The notes beneath the pieces were generated by a model, which was not told where the DNA came from, did not search any database, and saw only the letters and a list, made by a program, of their open reading frames with translations. Shown piece by piece: positions 46,101 to 61,100 of a DNA stretch of 64,000 nt. The stretch comes from Eutreptiella sp. 'Long Island Sound 2002' (Eukaryota > Protista > Euglenida). The DNA lies in the NCBI GenBank assembly GCA_964036045.1, contig OZ038378.1, positions 170,810,001 through 170,874,000 of the forward strand, written 5' to 3'. The first letter of the stretch is position 1; each line of letters starts with the position of its first letter. The translations under genes and the position numbers were made by a program.

Positions 46101-49100
46101 TGCTCTGTGGCGCCCTCCCTCAACTTTTGCTGCGACAACGGGGCGTGGGCATTTGTGGAGGGATGGGACCGCAACGGGTGCTTGCAGTTGGCCGTGTCAG
46201 ACAACGGCACTGGACACACACTTGTGCACCGATTTGATGACCGCATGCGGTACTGATTTGGCCAAACACACACACACACACACACACATCTGTCTGTGCA
46301 CACATGTGAGCATCTACACGTCGGGGAGTGAAGCAGTGCATAGCACGCGAGCGGTGTGCTTGACTATGACGGACGGCCCCTCAGATATTGTGTTCAATGA
46401 CATTTCATATCTTGACAACCCTCACTTCACTTTGCTGACCTTCGTTTAATGGCTGGATGCAGGTGGTCATTTCCGGTACTGCCAGCGACTATCTGACTGG
46501 GCCTCACCAATCCTCAACAACCTTGGACAAATCTATAACACACACACACACACACACACACACAGATACATTGGGAACCGCAAAAACAAGAACAAAAGCA
46601 CAAGGAGCGCGGTTGGAGAGAACTACTCTGGGGCCAGGGAGAGCCCTAGACGTTTTTCATTCTGGCGAAGAGTAAATAGAATATGCAGTACTGGTCAATT
46701 TGCAACCAGACGCGCGCGCACACACACATACACACAAATGCACACTGGAAGAGGAAATCCAGAAGAGATGAACCTCTGGTCTCAAAAAAAAGCAAACGAC
46801 ACATTGGCCTGCATTTTATTCCTGCCACAAGATGCACCATATGCTCCAATATTGGACTCAGAGCACACGAGTCTATCGCAGCATTTCTGTCTTCCCTTGA
46901 AGACAGTGTCCCTGAAATGGCCCCAATTGGGGCGGGCCAACCGTTGCCGGTATTGCTGTTGCCAAACATCCTGTCGCTCTTTGTGCTCAACAGTCTCTAA
47001 TTCATTTCCCTCGTCAGAAACCCATCCTTTGTTCCCCAAAAGCGCCTTCATCCAGTTTGGTGAGAGTGTCAACTAAAGGCCAAGTAGGATTTTCATTCAT
47101 TGCCCAAGGCCATTGCTGATTCAACTCCGTCACAATATATTCGTTCTTTGCAGCCCAGTAGTGAGAGCTTACCGGAATAAACCGGACATGGTCTTCGGCG
47201 GACGTACCGGCTCGGCGGACAAGCGGCCGGTTTATACTGTCCAGTGAGTAGTGAGGGCAAGGCAACGAGGGGTTTCATTTGGGCAACACAGTCCCTAACC
47301 TGGAAACCATGCACTGCATTTGGCCAGGTGCTGTAAGAGGTGGTGGGCCTGTGGTGGAAAATGCGGACACTGGGAGAAATGCCTGTCCTCTCCAGGAATC
47401 TTTTTGGCTTCCACAAATAGCGATCAGCTTCGGGTACTATCAAATGACGATGCACAGCAAGATGTGACACTTCAATCGTGGCTGTAAGCAGTGGCGCCTA
47501 CACCGCATTGCCATCCGAAATCACTGCTCACGTGTGCGAATCTGAAAACGCACACTCGGTTGTGTCATTTGTTCACAATCGCAGTCTCCCATGCGAAAAA
47601 TGCAAATTCCGAGTACAAACCTCTGGCAAGAGCCTCTGCCTCTTCCTTCTCCCGCTGCTCCTTCTCCAGCTTCTTCTTCTTCTGCTCCTCCAAAAACCGT
47701 TTCTCCCACTCCCTCTCCTTCCGAATATTGTCCCTCCAGCCCTCCTTCATTTTGGGCTCCTCCCCCAATTGAGTCTTGAATTCTCGCATCTTCCGCTTTA
47801 ATTGTGCAAGGATGTTCTGGCGCTGCTCACTGCAGACAAGTGGCGAGAATGCCAACAGAAATAGGAAATTTTCACTAAGGGTTGTGGAGAGCTGTTGAGG
47901 ATTGCGCACGATCGGAGGGTTGTTGCGGGTTTTGGAAGAAGATTGTAGAATGGCATTGAAAGTTGCTGGGAGTTGTTGTGCGTGGGCCAGAATTAGTAAC
48001 AGCCAGGCATGAATTTTGTGCGGGCTGTGAACGGCAGAATGCTGGAGAAATGTGGGAAATTGGGTTTGTGAGGGTTGTTAAGGGTGGTGGATGGTTGGGT
48101 GCCTGTCACCAAACGAAAAAAACTGCCAATTGCTGTTTCCCGCCGACAACTATCCGTCGACCGCCAGGAGTCACTCAACTGCGTTGGGGCGTTGGGCGGC
48201 CCTCCACAACAACAACTTGGGCCAAACATGAGCAGCAGCATTGGCACAGGACAGGACTGAGACTTGTCTTGCAGATCCGGCGGCACAGATTTGAGCTGGT
48301 CCTGAACCATCAAAATGAGGTCGGGGACGCGCGCCTGGATGCCACGCCCCAAGAGGCGGTATGCACGGGCTTCAGATGAGCTCTTGGCGGTGACCGTGGG
48401 CCGTAGGTTGCCTCCTGGGACCTTGAACGGCAGCACTGTGTAAAAGAGCGCCGGATGGTGAGGGTTTGCAGCATATGGCACAGCGAATTCAACAGCACCC
48501 TGCAACACTCGTCTACCCTCTTCAATTCTGTCCAATCCTCTCCAACGTTCTCCAATCCTCTCTAATCCTCTCCAACTCCCACCAATCCTCACCCGCCATT
48601 CCAATCTGCCCCAACCCTCTCCGATCCTCACCAGCCCTCTCCGATCCTCTTCAACAGTCCCACCCTGTCCAATCCGCTCCGCCGTCTCCAACCCCGTTGA
48701 GGCCTCTCCAACCCGCTGCATCCCTCCAATCCCCTCCAATCCCCTCCAATCCTGTGCAACCCTCTCCACTCCTCTGCAATCCTCTCCAATCCGCTCCAGC
48801 CCTCTCCAGTCCCTTCCAACCCTCTCCGATGCTGTCCAGCTCTCTCCAATCCGCTCCAGGATTGAACTGGATTGAAGAGGATTGCAGACAATTGGAGAGG
48901 GTTGCAAGCGGTTGGGGAGAATTGCAGAGGGTTGGAGAGAATTGGAGAGGATTGGAGAGGGTCACAGAGGATTGGAGGGGATTGGAAAGGATTGAAGAGG
49001 GCTGGGCAGATTGGATAGGGTTGCAAAGGATTGGAGGGGGCTGGCTCACCAGAATTCTCCAATCCTCTCCAGCCCTCTCCAATCCACTTAAGCCATCTCC

Positions 49101-52100
49101 TGTCCTCTCCAACCCTCTCTAACCTTCGCCGACCCTCTGCAACCCTCACCAATCCTCACAAGCCCTCAACCTCCTCAACCCCTCCCACCCTCTCCGGCCC
49201 TGCAGCCCCCTCCAACTCTCTCCAACCATCTCCAATCCTTTCCTCTCTAGCTCTCGCGAGGCATCTCCAGTCCTCCTCAACACGTTTGACCCTGCAGCAC
49301 GCAAAGACATACTTGGCAAATCCAAGGTATATCTTAATATGTATGCCTCCACTGTCTCCACCACTTTAGTCTCCACTTCAGTCTGCAGCCAAACCAACGG
49401 GTCAACTTAATCCAGGGCTTTCCTCATTTTTTTTGGGGGGGGGGGGGGGCACTTCCCACGTGCTCCACGCAGAAAATGCAGTGCGACGGCAGTGGTTGAC
49501 TTGACAGCGGTTGGAGGCTAACCGACGACCGCCGGCTCCAGGGGTGAGAGGGAAAAAAATTCTGGTTCCCACTGAAATGGCAATTTCTGAACCAAACCAT
49601 GCTCGTGACACTTCACGAAGCACGAAGCAGTGGTAAATTGCAGCAGCTGGGTGCCAAACCGAATCGTTAAACCCCAGCAGCCTCAGGGGTCGGTTTTGGG
49701 GCGTCTTGTCAAGTGAGCCCTAGTCAAGCTCAGTGAGGCCTCGCATTCATAATAGCACTACATCAGAGGCAGCCTGAAAACCCCCTCCCATCCCCTTTAG
49801 ACGACCCAAAGCCAAGCATTCGGCGTGTTCCATCAAGAAAAACGACAGCATGAGACTGTGCAGCAGAAAGTCTGCCACTTGAAACCCACAAAGGAAGCGC
49901 AGTGCAGGGCAGGGCAACAAAATGGGGGATGGAGGGCGGGTGCGATCAACGAAAGCAGGTCACATCAAAGACATGGGACTGGAAAGAGGTTGTACTTCAC
50001 GGTACCCGGCCAGCGACGATGGTACAGCCCCCCCCTCCCCTCCCCACCCCCAGGCCTACCATGGGGTTGGGATCCACCCGCCTCCCGCTTCCCTCCCCCG
50101 GGCCGACCATCTCACACCACGTGGGGTTGGGACCCAGAGCCACAAAGGGAGGCAGAATACTTGTGATAAACGGCTACTTTGCGGACAGAGGATGCCGCTG
50201 TTACCCACACAGCCTTGTTGGGCACGGGGGCCCTTCTGGCCGATGTTTTGCTGATTGCGGTTGTTGCGGGAGTCAACAATGCAACATGACATGGTCGTGG
50301 GCTGGTTGTTAGTGGCAAAGAGGGGCTGGGTCATGCCTGTGAAGAGTTGTTCCTACTCATCACAACGTGGTGCTTGAGACCGCAACCCAAACTGCCCCGA
50401 CAACCAGCACACACGGGCCATGGAAAACGAACTCTTCACTGCAGGAATGGCCAGGTTTGCTCACCTCAGGACAACGTGTGGGTTTCCTCCAAGTCTATGG
50501 CTTATCTGAACTGCGTCCGCAGACCGCAAAGTGGCAATGCAAGCCCCCGCCCCCCCGCTTGCGCAAAAGCACGAAGGCATCGCCTGCCGGGGGCAGAGGG
50601 CGGAAGGCAAACACAGTGCATACCTCCGGCTTCATGAGCTTCGAAGCTCCAGAGTCCCTCTGCGAAGAGCACAGCGCGAGTTCGTTGGCAGTGTGTATGC
50701 GGGGGCTCCCGGATCTTCCCCAAAGAAGGGCTCAGTTGACCGATTTCCCCTCAAGGCCCCCAGGATAGCGTGGAGATGGCCCCTGACCCCAAATTGCAGT
50801 ATTTTTGGAAGCAATGCGACGAGGGGTCCGGAAAATTGATCCATTGTCTGGGATTCAGCGCAACTGCTTCTGCCCATTTCTGTTCACCAAAAATGGTGTT
50901 CGGTGCATTTGGCGCCAGATTTGTGAGTGCTGCTCCTGATCAATGGTGCTGGTCAACGGAGCCGCCCCCCAACCCCAATGCCCCGAATCCTTCGAAGCCC
51001 CCCCCCCCCCCCCGGGCGCCCAGCCATATGATATGGTCCCACCATGTGCCATTGCCATTGCGTATGCACAATGTTAAACCAGATCTCCAACCCCTTGCGC
51101 AGGACCTGCGGACATGTCTCCTGAAGTGTCCTCCAGCGGCCCTCACCAACACACTCGTGGGTGCTGACGCAGGACGCCACCCTTCCCAATTGGTGCCTTG
51201 GCAGTGCTGATTGCTGTTCCCCGGGGCGCTTCGCGGCCCGCGTGCCCACTAACATGTGGCCCAAATGGCATGCAAAACACAGGACCTCAAGCGGCGGTAT
51301 CGTGTGTCGAGGGCAGCGGCCTTCCTTGATGCAGTCGACGCACGCATAGACCACGATCTTGAACCGCTTAATGGCCTTAGCGATAGGTGACAGCGGCTGC
51401 CGTTGCATGTTCCGCACCTTGATCTCGGCCTGGAAACAACGAACACTGGGGTTGGAGGGCTCTGAGGTGGAGCGGGGGGGGGGGGGGTGTTGCCGGACGC
51501 CCCCCCCCTGAGGTTGTGGTCACCGATTCCCACAAATTTTCGCCAATCCCCTGCCAGGAACTTTCAGGGGGGGGCTGCCATACAGGCTGAGTAAATGTGC
51601 TGGTTGGTACCTCCGGGAGTACCCTTTGGTCTGATACATTTGGCAGAAACTGTCTTTCTTGCCTGTTCCAAGCCACTGGGGAAAAACATTTTTATGAGGT
51701 GAGAGTGAGACAGTTGCCTCTGCTCACAGGTGCTGCTTCTGCCCCTCAGCGTCCCTCCCATGCCAGCGCCAGCATGCTTCACACAAAGCCTTTCCCAAGA
51801 CAGTGAAGTTTGGAGGGTGCTCACCACCACCGATGTGGGAATGCAACACACAGAACGCTTTCCATACGGCGTGCAGTTTGGGAGACCTGCCCAGTTGTGG
51901 AATATTGTAGTTTGTGCAAAAACCTGAAGCCCATGTGATATGCATTGAACTTGTTGTGAACACTACTGAGTGCCGGAGGGGCCAAATGGGGCACTTTACA
52001 AAAACTGTTTGTTGCTCATGTGAATCTTGTTGAACTTGCTGTTGTGAAGGTTTCTTTCCTCAACAATCTGCAATTAACCAGGTTTCTCTAGCCCTGCGGC

Positions 52101-55100
52101 GCATGCGGCCCGCTAGCATGCAACAAGCGTTCTCACAAAGTCTAGGGTTCCACATCACCAAAGGTTACCCATCAGTGGCGCACAGTCATTTTTTCTTCAA
52201 GCCCTTCGCCATGTGGTTTTTTGTGTCATATTTGTGCAATGTGCCCTGGGGCTTGGGGGGGCGGGGGGCATAAAGGCTGGTTGGTGACCATGTAGTAAAA
52301 CTGTTAGTGCAATATTGGTTGTTGGTCAAGGTCAGTTCGCTGCAGTGTATGCACGTCCGGGTGTGCAAGAGCTTGGAGCTTTGGGCTTCTGCTCCCGGAC
52401 CAGCAAGGCCTTAGGGGCTGGTGGTCTAGCCTCTTCCAGGGAGACAGGCTGTAGGTGCACATCGCGTTACCAGGCACAGGCAGGTGACTGGCTGGGGCAC
52501 ACGCCTCCAAGTGCGGACATGCGTGCAGCTGTGTACTGCCAGCGGCCAGCCAGACGGCATGCTGCGTAATGCTTGAGAAATTTGTCCCTCATTCAGATGG
52601 AGCTGGGGGCAGCCGAACGGCAGGAGCTCAGAAGAGAGCAGCCAGCACTGACAGACTTCACATTCAGTCATTCCCAGCCAAGAAGCTTGGAAAATGCTCT
52701 CCACCACAAATGATGTGGGAAATGTAAAGCGGGGGGGGGGGGGGGTATGTGTGCAGCAGCAGAATCCAGCATCGGAGACAATTTGTTTTGCCCTTCTGCC
52801 CCCACAGCACATTTGTTTCCACTACTATTGGTGCTTGGCGCAGTCACCAACCACACTCTGGCCACCTGAACATCACCAGCATGGTATGTGTCATCGAAAA
52901 ACACAATGACAAGCACACACCACACACCAGCCAAAATTGAATGTCGAGGGCCTTCTGGCATGGCCGCATTGTTTGCAGTTTAAAGATTGTAACCTGGTTA
53001 TCAAAACCTTTCTGACCAAGATGATAGTATCTTTTAACAAGTGAAAAATTTTTTCGTGGTTGTAATACATGCAAAAAGGTTACACAAAAGTAGAGAACCC
53101 CCCCCCTTTTGTTTTTTGCTTTTTTCTGGTATGGACTGATACTGCTGGTGCTGTTGGGGGACTGTTGCGACTGTGCATCGGCCCGAGAGGTTGGGGTTGG
53201 GAAAGGCGGGGCCCTGAACCAACTGACTGCTGCTGATTGGTGTCTGAATTAACACATGAAAATAAAAGAAAACAATCTGACTGCCTTCTCAGTCCCAAGG
53301 CATATCAAAGGAGTCCTAGATTTTCTACCCACCCACCCACCCAGGCTGAGCCCCCCCGCCAGCCCCCCCCCCCCCCCCCCCGGCCCACCCAAGACCCTCA
53401 CCATCCCCCCAACTTAGTGCCTGGTGAGAAGCTCTCCGTATCGATGATCCCCCAATCCCCAGACTGTGGCCTAACCCATGGAACAGCACACGAACCTCCA
53501 GTGCCTTGCTCTTGAACTCCGCAGCGAGCCTCAAATCTCCCCAGCGACGCTCCACATCAGCCATGCGGCGGTGACACCCCATCAGCGCTTTGATTCTCTC
53601 CGCTTCCTCATAGAAGCAGACATGCGCTGCAGGAACAGTCGATGCATGACAGGCAGGTGTGAGAGGGCTGCGAAGCTAGCAAGGCTCAGCCTGGAGCTCA
53701 GCCTGGGCATGCGCCCAGGCCTTGTGGCTCTCGGGCTGAGGGGTTTGGTTTGAGGCATTTGAATGAAAATCCTGAAAATCTCGCAAATTGGCCAGGGCAC
53801 AAGGTCAGGGTAAGGAGAGCCTGCCAGTGAGCACTTGTGGCAGTCAACCCGTGGACTTACAGCGAGGGAAAAGCGTTGAGGAGGGACAAATGCCGCGGCG
53901 TGTCATAGGGTCGTCGCCAGGCGCTGATTCCACCGGGGCACTGTCGAGCGTCCGAGTGCCCAGCTGGCCCGCATGCTGCAGCACGTGCAACATTCGAATT
54001 GCGTCACGGACACATCTGTCGCCTATTCTGCACTTGCGGGGACGACTGACATCCCTGTGCACCGCGTCCCACACGGGACTGGCCGCTTGTCCCTTGGTGT
54101 GGCGGGCAAGTCCCTATCTCCCGGGGCGCCCTCCCGCCCAAGAAAGCGCTGGCTGGGGCAGCCCTGGCACAGCTGGGAGCCCACCCCCGGGCAGGACAAG
54201 GAGGAGAAGACAGACGGACTTTATCTGATCAGTGTCTGCTCTGCAAAAGGCAGGCGATTGTAATTCTCATGCAAATGTTTTCGTGCAAACCCCCGATGCC
54301 CTTGCGGTGTTACCTGCACGGCTCTCCACTCCACGTGCTTGAGGATGTCATACCTGGACATGTGGGCGGCAGCACAGCACCCTCAGCACTCATCATCAAC
54401 TCCCTGGAATGCCTCAACATTGGTACTGGTCTTGAAAGGTAGAAATCTACCACGCCCCATATCCCTGCGTGAAACAGCGCGAGGTGCGGTGTACCTGGTG
54501 CATCACTCCCTTGCATGGAGATACGACGCTTCGCTGCTGCCATGCCATGTTAGTTTCCTTCCAACCGCCGTCTGGTACCCGCCAACCGCCAACCGCCAAC
54601 CGAAGCCAAAATTTGCATCTTTCTTTTCCACCCTGCAATAGAGACTGAGGTGGCATTAGCAACCCGCTCTCTGCCCCCGCATCCATTAATGCATGCACGG
54701 CATTGGCAATTGTCCTTCAGCCCTGCATTCCATGGCTTCAACCCTCTCGCCAACCATTACAGCAGCACACCAGTAGCACCCTGCACCACACCCAGCCGAG
54801 GCAGGGAATGATGTCCAGATGCTGCCAGGCCCTAAAACGGACGACTGCTATGAGCCGGGTGGTGGATACCCTGCGCTGCAGGGCCACTGATGCCCGTATC
54901 AAACGCCGTATACACATCGAACAAACGACTGCTGCTGAGGATCACGCGCGACAGCATTGCAATCCCAGGCTGACTATGATTCAGGAAAACACACAACACT
55001 AAACACTTGCCGCACACGCACAACGTACGTGCCACCAACGCCAGAATGCGCCGGCGAAGTTCGTTTTTTATCTGCGCGTTGACGGGACCCCGCTCCATCA

Positions 55101-58100
55101 TCCGCAGCAGATCTCTGAGGGCCAGTTCCATTGGCTCAACCTCCTCCAGCGCAAACTCGTTGTGTGGGGCGGGAAGTAGTCCCTCGTCCAGGGGTTCATC
55201 CTATGGGAAAGAGGCAAAGGACAAAAGCAGGGGTATGGCTGGAAGCAGGGACAGAGGCCATGTGTCTTTGTGTGGGTGCGCGCGCGCGCGCGTGTGCGTT
55301 TGTGTACGTTTGTGTGCGTGTGCGTGCGTGTGCGTGTGTGTAATGGCAAAGGTGGATCCATTCCTTCTTTCAAGCCAAGCCAGTCAGCGCACTTGGTTGT
55401 GCTTTGTGAAGTTGGGAGAGGGGGGGAGGGGGGTGCCATAAAGGCTGAGTGAGTATGCCGGTTGATACTTCTGGGTGTACGTACTTGCTCACCTTTTGAG
55501 GAGGGAATCCTCCATGCGTGGATGGGTGTGTTGGTTGGTGACACAGAGACGTCTCGCAAGTGGTTATCCAAGATGGCGGCGCGTGCATTTTCTGCCTCAA
55601 CTGCAAGCAAACCCAGGCGGAGCCACCAAATGCAAAGGATGCTTGCGGCATGGGCACTCTGGTTGTGTACTCCACGGCGCAGGGCGCAGGCAGGTAGATT
55701 GTAGACTCCAAAGGGAGTCTAACGGTATCCATCATGCCACGTGAGGCTGAAAAGCCCACAGGCAACTACCTCAGAAGCGCTTAGAGCCGCGGAAGAGGTA
55801 TGAATGCTGTTATTGCGATGGGTGGGGATCACGGTTGCATGCGTGCCTTATGTTGGCGCGCACCGTGATCCATAATGTGGCATGTAGATCTACGCTGTGA
55901 TTTGGGGTGTGTGTGTTGGTTTGAACAATTCATCGCCAGTGCCGCTGCTTTCAGAGGACGCTTGCCCTTTGGCACGCTCCAAGCAGTGCGATTTGCTGGC
56001 AAGGCAGGCTCTGGTTTCACCAACTTCTGATATTTGCCAATTTTTGGTGGGGTGGGTGGCTTTATTTACTCCTCTAGAATCCACTTGCAGCTGCATCCAC
56101 GGAGCCCAAACATGCAAATGCATGCACGTTTGGCCCACCTAGCCCAGGATCATCCCATGCAAGGGTGTGGCAACCCCATGGCTAAGGGTTGGATCACCAG
56201 GTCCGGCCTAAGTGGCCGGACTGGACGCTGGGGGCTGCTAGAAACCCACAGTAACCCGCCCGCAGCTCACCTGAGGACAACCTCAGACAGACACCAAGTG
56301 AGACATTTTTGGGTCTCTTTTCCCTCTCCGCCCTGCACACAGATTCACAGCTGCCTGACCTGCAATGCAGACTCATTCACAGCTTTTTTGGCACTGGTAT
56401 GTGTGTGCGCAAGACCTTTAAGAAATACAGTGACACAGTGGCAGTCCACAGCTTCACCCACAATCCAACCTTGGATAATGAAGCTTGGAGCTTGGTCCCG
56501 GACTCTGAAAGTGATTTTCTTTCAGCCAGGTGGGGAGTGTTGGACCAATTGTATGATCGCACCCCCCCGTTCCCTTACTCCCTTACCAAGCCGTTCTGGC
56601 AAAGCCCCCTCCCCCCCTCCTTCCATGGGGAGCCCCAGTCAGGAGTGCAGACCAAGGGACCAATGAAAGCCCAGGAGATCTCTGGCAGGGGAGGCAGCTG
56701 CGGTGATGATACACCCCTCCCGCCCCCCTTCCAGCCGAACCCTGACATATCTCCCCGCAGGGTGGAGCAGTCCCAAAATGGGGACATCGTCATAGTTGCA
56801 TCATGAGCGGGCTCCCCACCATGCCCTTTTTTTTGAACCCGCCCCCTTCAGCCCCAACCCAACAGGTGGACGGCCCTCTGCACGAGTTGTAGGGCCCTTG
56901 GTCAGGACAGCCTCTGCAGGGATGGGTCACGTGAACCAGCTTCTCTGGCCCTTTGCCAAGGGTCCATCAAATTGGTGTGGTGTGCAGTGCCGCAGCAGCA
57001 CATCTGCATCGGCTGCCTGGGGGCAAGGGGTTTTGCTCCTCCAAATTGCTCCTGCAGCTGATGAATTCCTTGAGCACCAGAAATTGATGGAACCAACACC
57101 TCGTGTGGCTTGGACAAGGGTGTTGCTTGTGTGCCACACTGTGCATGATCCATATGTAATGCACGGCGCACCATTCCAAAAGCCAAGTGGCAAAAATGCT
57201 ACAAGTGCAGTCAGCCAAATAAGCTTCCCTGAAGTATGGACATTGTGCAACTCAATTCCAAGGTATCATCCCCATACACATTGATGCCACAAATACCAGC
57301 AAGTGCAGATGCAACAGGACCAGTGCACAAGCACAGCGGCCCATTGGAAGACAACCACAAAGACATGACAAACTAGCTTCCATGCTGAATAACAAACGGA
57401 GGCCCTGTAAGATACTTTCAATCCCTTGCGGGCCTACCCCCAGCCCCAATTTACTGAACACCATGGAAAGACATACCTCCCCGGTGTCAGTCAGGTCATC
57501 ATGCAGGTGGCACACAGTGGCCACCACACCACCCACTGGAACCTCCTCACCATTCCGCAAGCTATGGGCCACGTGCTCAGGATGGTCCAAGTCTACCAGC
57601 CAACTGCCGCCGAAAGTGTCGCGGCGCACCCGCAGTGGGTCTGTCCCAATGACGTGCCTGAACGCGTTATGCACCTCCAAATCAGGGGTGTCCTCCAGTA
57701 CTCCCACCAGACGGACAGTGAGGCTGGGGTCCTGCACATGTAAAATGAGTGAATGGGCACATCGAGACTACGCAATCTTGGGGGGGGCATTAAGATGGAG
57801 TAGATCTGCTGGTTGGAAGCAGGCCTTCAGGCTGTACTTCTGTGGGAGTGTATGCAGGGAGGGGGGGGTGTGGGGGTATGGGGGTGGGGGTTAGAGAAGG
57901 GCTGAATGGTGCTGGGGCCGTAAAGGCGGAGTGACGGGCTGGGAGGGGGGGTTGTGTTGAGGGTGGAATGGCTGCCCCACTGCATGCAAGGTGGGGCAGG
58001 GGGGTCCAGAGGGGCACCCGGGGAAGCCATTATCAGACCACGAGGGCCGCCGCCAGCCAATGTGTGACCCCGAGGGGTACCCCTCCCCCCCCCCCGTTTG

Positions 58101-61100
58101 GTTGACCCAAACCTTGGGGGTCGGCGGGTCGGGCGGTCAGCCGCCGCCCCCCCGTTTGGAGTCGTGTGGTGTGCTAGTCACAAGAGCAAGCACACGTCAG
58201 CACAAAAAAATCCTCATCAGTGGTACCATAGGCGCCTTTCGGTCTGGAAGGAGAGTTGCAGATATGGCAGCACTCAGTCCAGGTACTGTAATGAAGTCCA
58301 GCGGCCAACGCCCACCTACAGAGAACACAGTGTCCGGTGACACCGTGCTCTTTCCTTTACACCGCCCCCCCCCCCCCCGGGGGGGGGGGGGGTCGGTGGG
58401 TAGCCCAACATACATACCTCAAAATGATCCCCATGACACAATGATCATTTTGAATATGCACAAGTGAGGTAGAACATTTTTCAAAAAAAATTGCCCATTA
58501 ACTCAGGCTCCCATCAGCCAAGGTCCGACCCGGAGGCCGGGTCGGGGTCAAAATCCTTCTCCACAAAATTCTGAGTATTTTGAGTACAGACACATAGGGT
58601 CGAACAAAAAAATTTCCCCCTGCCGTATGCCTAAAACAAAATCTCCGGCGCCTCTGGCGCCCACAAAACCCATTGTTCTGTACAACCATTTTGGGGTCTG
58701 TAGGGGGGGGGGGGTACCCCCCCCCCCCCCTTGGGGTCGGGTCTTGACCAGGATCGGCCCCCGTGTATCAGACCTCCTAAGTAGCTTGCACCAAAGTCAC
58801 CGGCCATTTCCATGGCTGCGCCAAGCTTCGTAAACAACTGTAAAAAAAAATTGTAAAAAACTTGTAAACCACTGTACAAAGGGCTTTTTGATCCATCCTG
58901 TCATCTCCTTAAAGTCGTCCTGATATTTGTCTCTGGTTTTTGTCCATACCTATTAGGTTTTTCGAGTGTTGATACACCGATTCAGCAAGAAACCACCATC
59001 CACAAACAATGCTAAAGTGAATTGGCATCAATCAGGGCAGGTGGTTGGGTTTTGTTATGCACCTGCCCAGAAATATTTTCCTTTTGGATATTCTGCACTT
59101 GTAGTCCTGTGGAAACCCAAATTATGTCACATCTATCGGAAAAAAATTTGCTCCTTGGACTGTGTGCCACCCATGAGATGAGCAATTGTGCCGTAGATTG
59201 GTGCAGTGTCCCAGTGGTATATGCACTTGCCTGCAGAAGAAAAGAGGTTGGTTCAAATTCCGCCATTGGAAGCTGTCCAGGCACTTTTTTTGGACATCAT
59301 CCCAGTGATAAAATTGTTGTCTCGGTTCCGAAGCACACCAGCAGGACACTGGAAGCAAAGAAAACATTGGCGCACATTGAAACCGATGCCTGCAGCCACT
59401 CCTCTGGTCGTCTGTGATGGCGCAAGCACTACTCCACTTCTTCTATTGTACATTTATGGTCACCGAAGTCATCAAGTGTAAAAAACCACCAAACCACCGG
59501 TCACCGAAGGTCACCAAAATCCCGGCTACTTAGGAGGCCTGCATTATATACCACCGGTATGTGTTAAAGCGAGGATAGACGTATCCTGCTGGCAGCCAAA
59601 TACTGTGGACAGGGCCTTTGGAAGACTGACCTTGTTTAACAAAACCAAGAGCTTCAATAAGAGCGTCAGGAACTGCTTCAATTAGAGGAGAGCGGGAGGA
59701 TTACAGTGAAAGCAAAAAACACCTCCAGGTGGGGAGGTAGGCCCTCTGAAATCACACTGCGGTGTCCTGATGTGGTGTTTGTCACGGTGACAGGGACTTT
59801 GCCCTAACGGATTTAGGTGTTGTTCACATGCTGTGCAGATGCCCAAGGAGTGGAGTGCCATGAACATATGTGCTGAATGCCACTGTCCTGTGCCTGGGGC
59901 TCCCACACTATGAGGGGGGTGGAGGGCAACAACAGGGCGGATGCGCAACCAGCTGGTAAATGCATGTGTGACAACAAGAAGAACCATTTTCCTGTCAGCT
60001 AAGACATGTATGGCTGGCAGACAAGTAGGGTGCACATAGTAGTGTGCTTTTTGCGGCGGCCGGTGGGGGGGGGGGGGATTGGGGAAGAAATTGCCTACAT
60101 TGTTTGTCCCCAGCACCAGTGCAATGGAGATGGCCTGAAATTGGGCTGGGGGCCGGGGCCAGTGTTGGGGCCCAAGTGGAGAGCAATGATGTGGCAAAAA
60201 GCAGCCGAGAACTAACTTTTGAAAGTCTTGTGCGAGAGAAAAAAAAACGGGCATGGCCATACCAACTAGCTGCAAAGGTTAGGGTTAAGTTTAGGGTGAT
60301 GTTTTGGGTTGGGGTGCATAGGTCATGGTTAGAGGGAGGGCAAGGCATGGTTAGGGGAGCCTGTGATTAACTGACGGGTGGCCTTGGGGGCATGCACCCC
60401 GCCCCCCCAATTGCTCCTCCTGCTTCGTACATTTTAGCCGCAAAACTTGCAGTGGTGTCGGGGGGGGAGGAGGGGCTCTGAAAAAATTGGACCGAGGGGA
60501 GGCGTGGAGCACCATGGAAGGGGAGGTGGGAGGTGTTGGCACTCATGTGGGGACGTACAGCACTGCGGCCGCTTGTGGGGAGGCATGGGAGCCAGGTGTT
60601 GTTGTGTGGGATGCGTGCACAGGGGCACTTGACGCTCAAGGAGGCCCAAGACACTGTGCAAATGCATCCAAGGGCATGGGAGGCGCGCTGCGGGGGTGCA
60701 TGGGGAAACAGACGGCATGCATGGGGAGGCATGGGGTATTGTGGGTGTGCCTGGAGGTGAGGGACGCCGTGGAAGTGCCCAACCATAACACATACAGGAC
60801 CGTGTTCAAAGATGTGCTGTTCGCCTTTGGATTTCACTTTCCACATCACTTGATGGCATGTTTGGAGCAAAAAGAAAACAGGTAAAACGTCCTGCCACAC
60901 AATGTAATATTGTTGCCCAAACCAGCATTTGGACCTGGTACCCGGGGCTTAAGGCAATTGTGCTGACCACCTCAACTCCCTCCAGATTTGGCTGCCTAAC
61001 GCTGAAATGTGACATGTACGTCATGCATAGTTCCGAAAAAAATCTTCAAGCGCCAGGGGGCTGTGGGAGCGCAGGCTGTGGGAAGGCGCAGGGCTCGGGC

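Noticed and set aside
47993-49152. Long ORFs through the CTCTCCAATC array
   Set aside because: They are produced by stop-poor satellite sequence; only the 48264-48499 part looks like a real exon.
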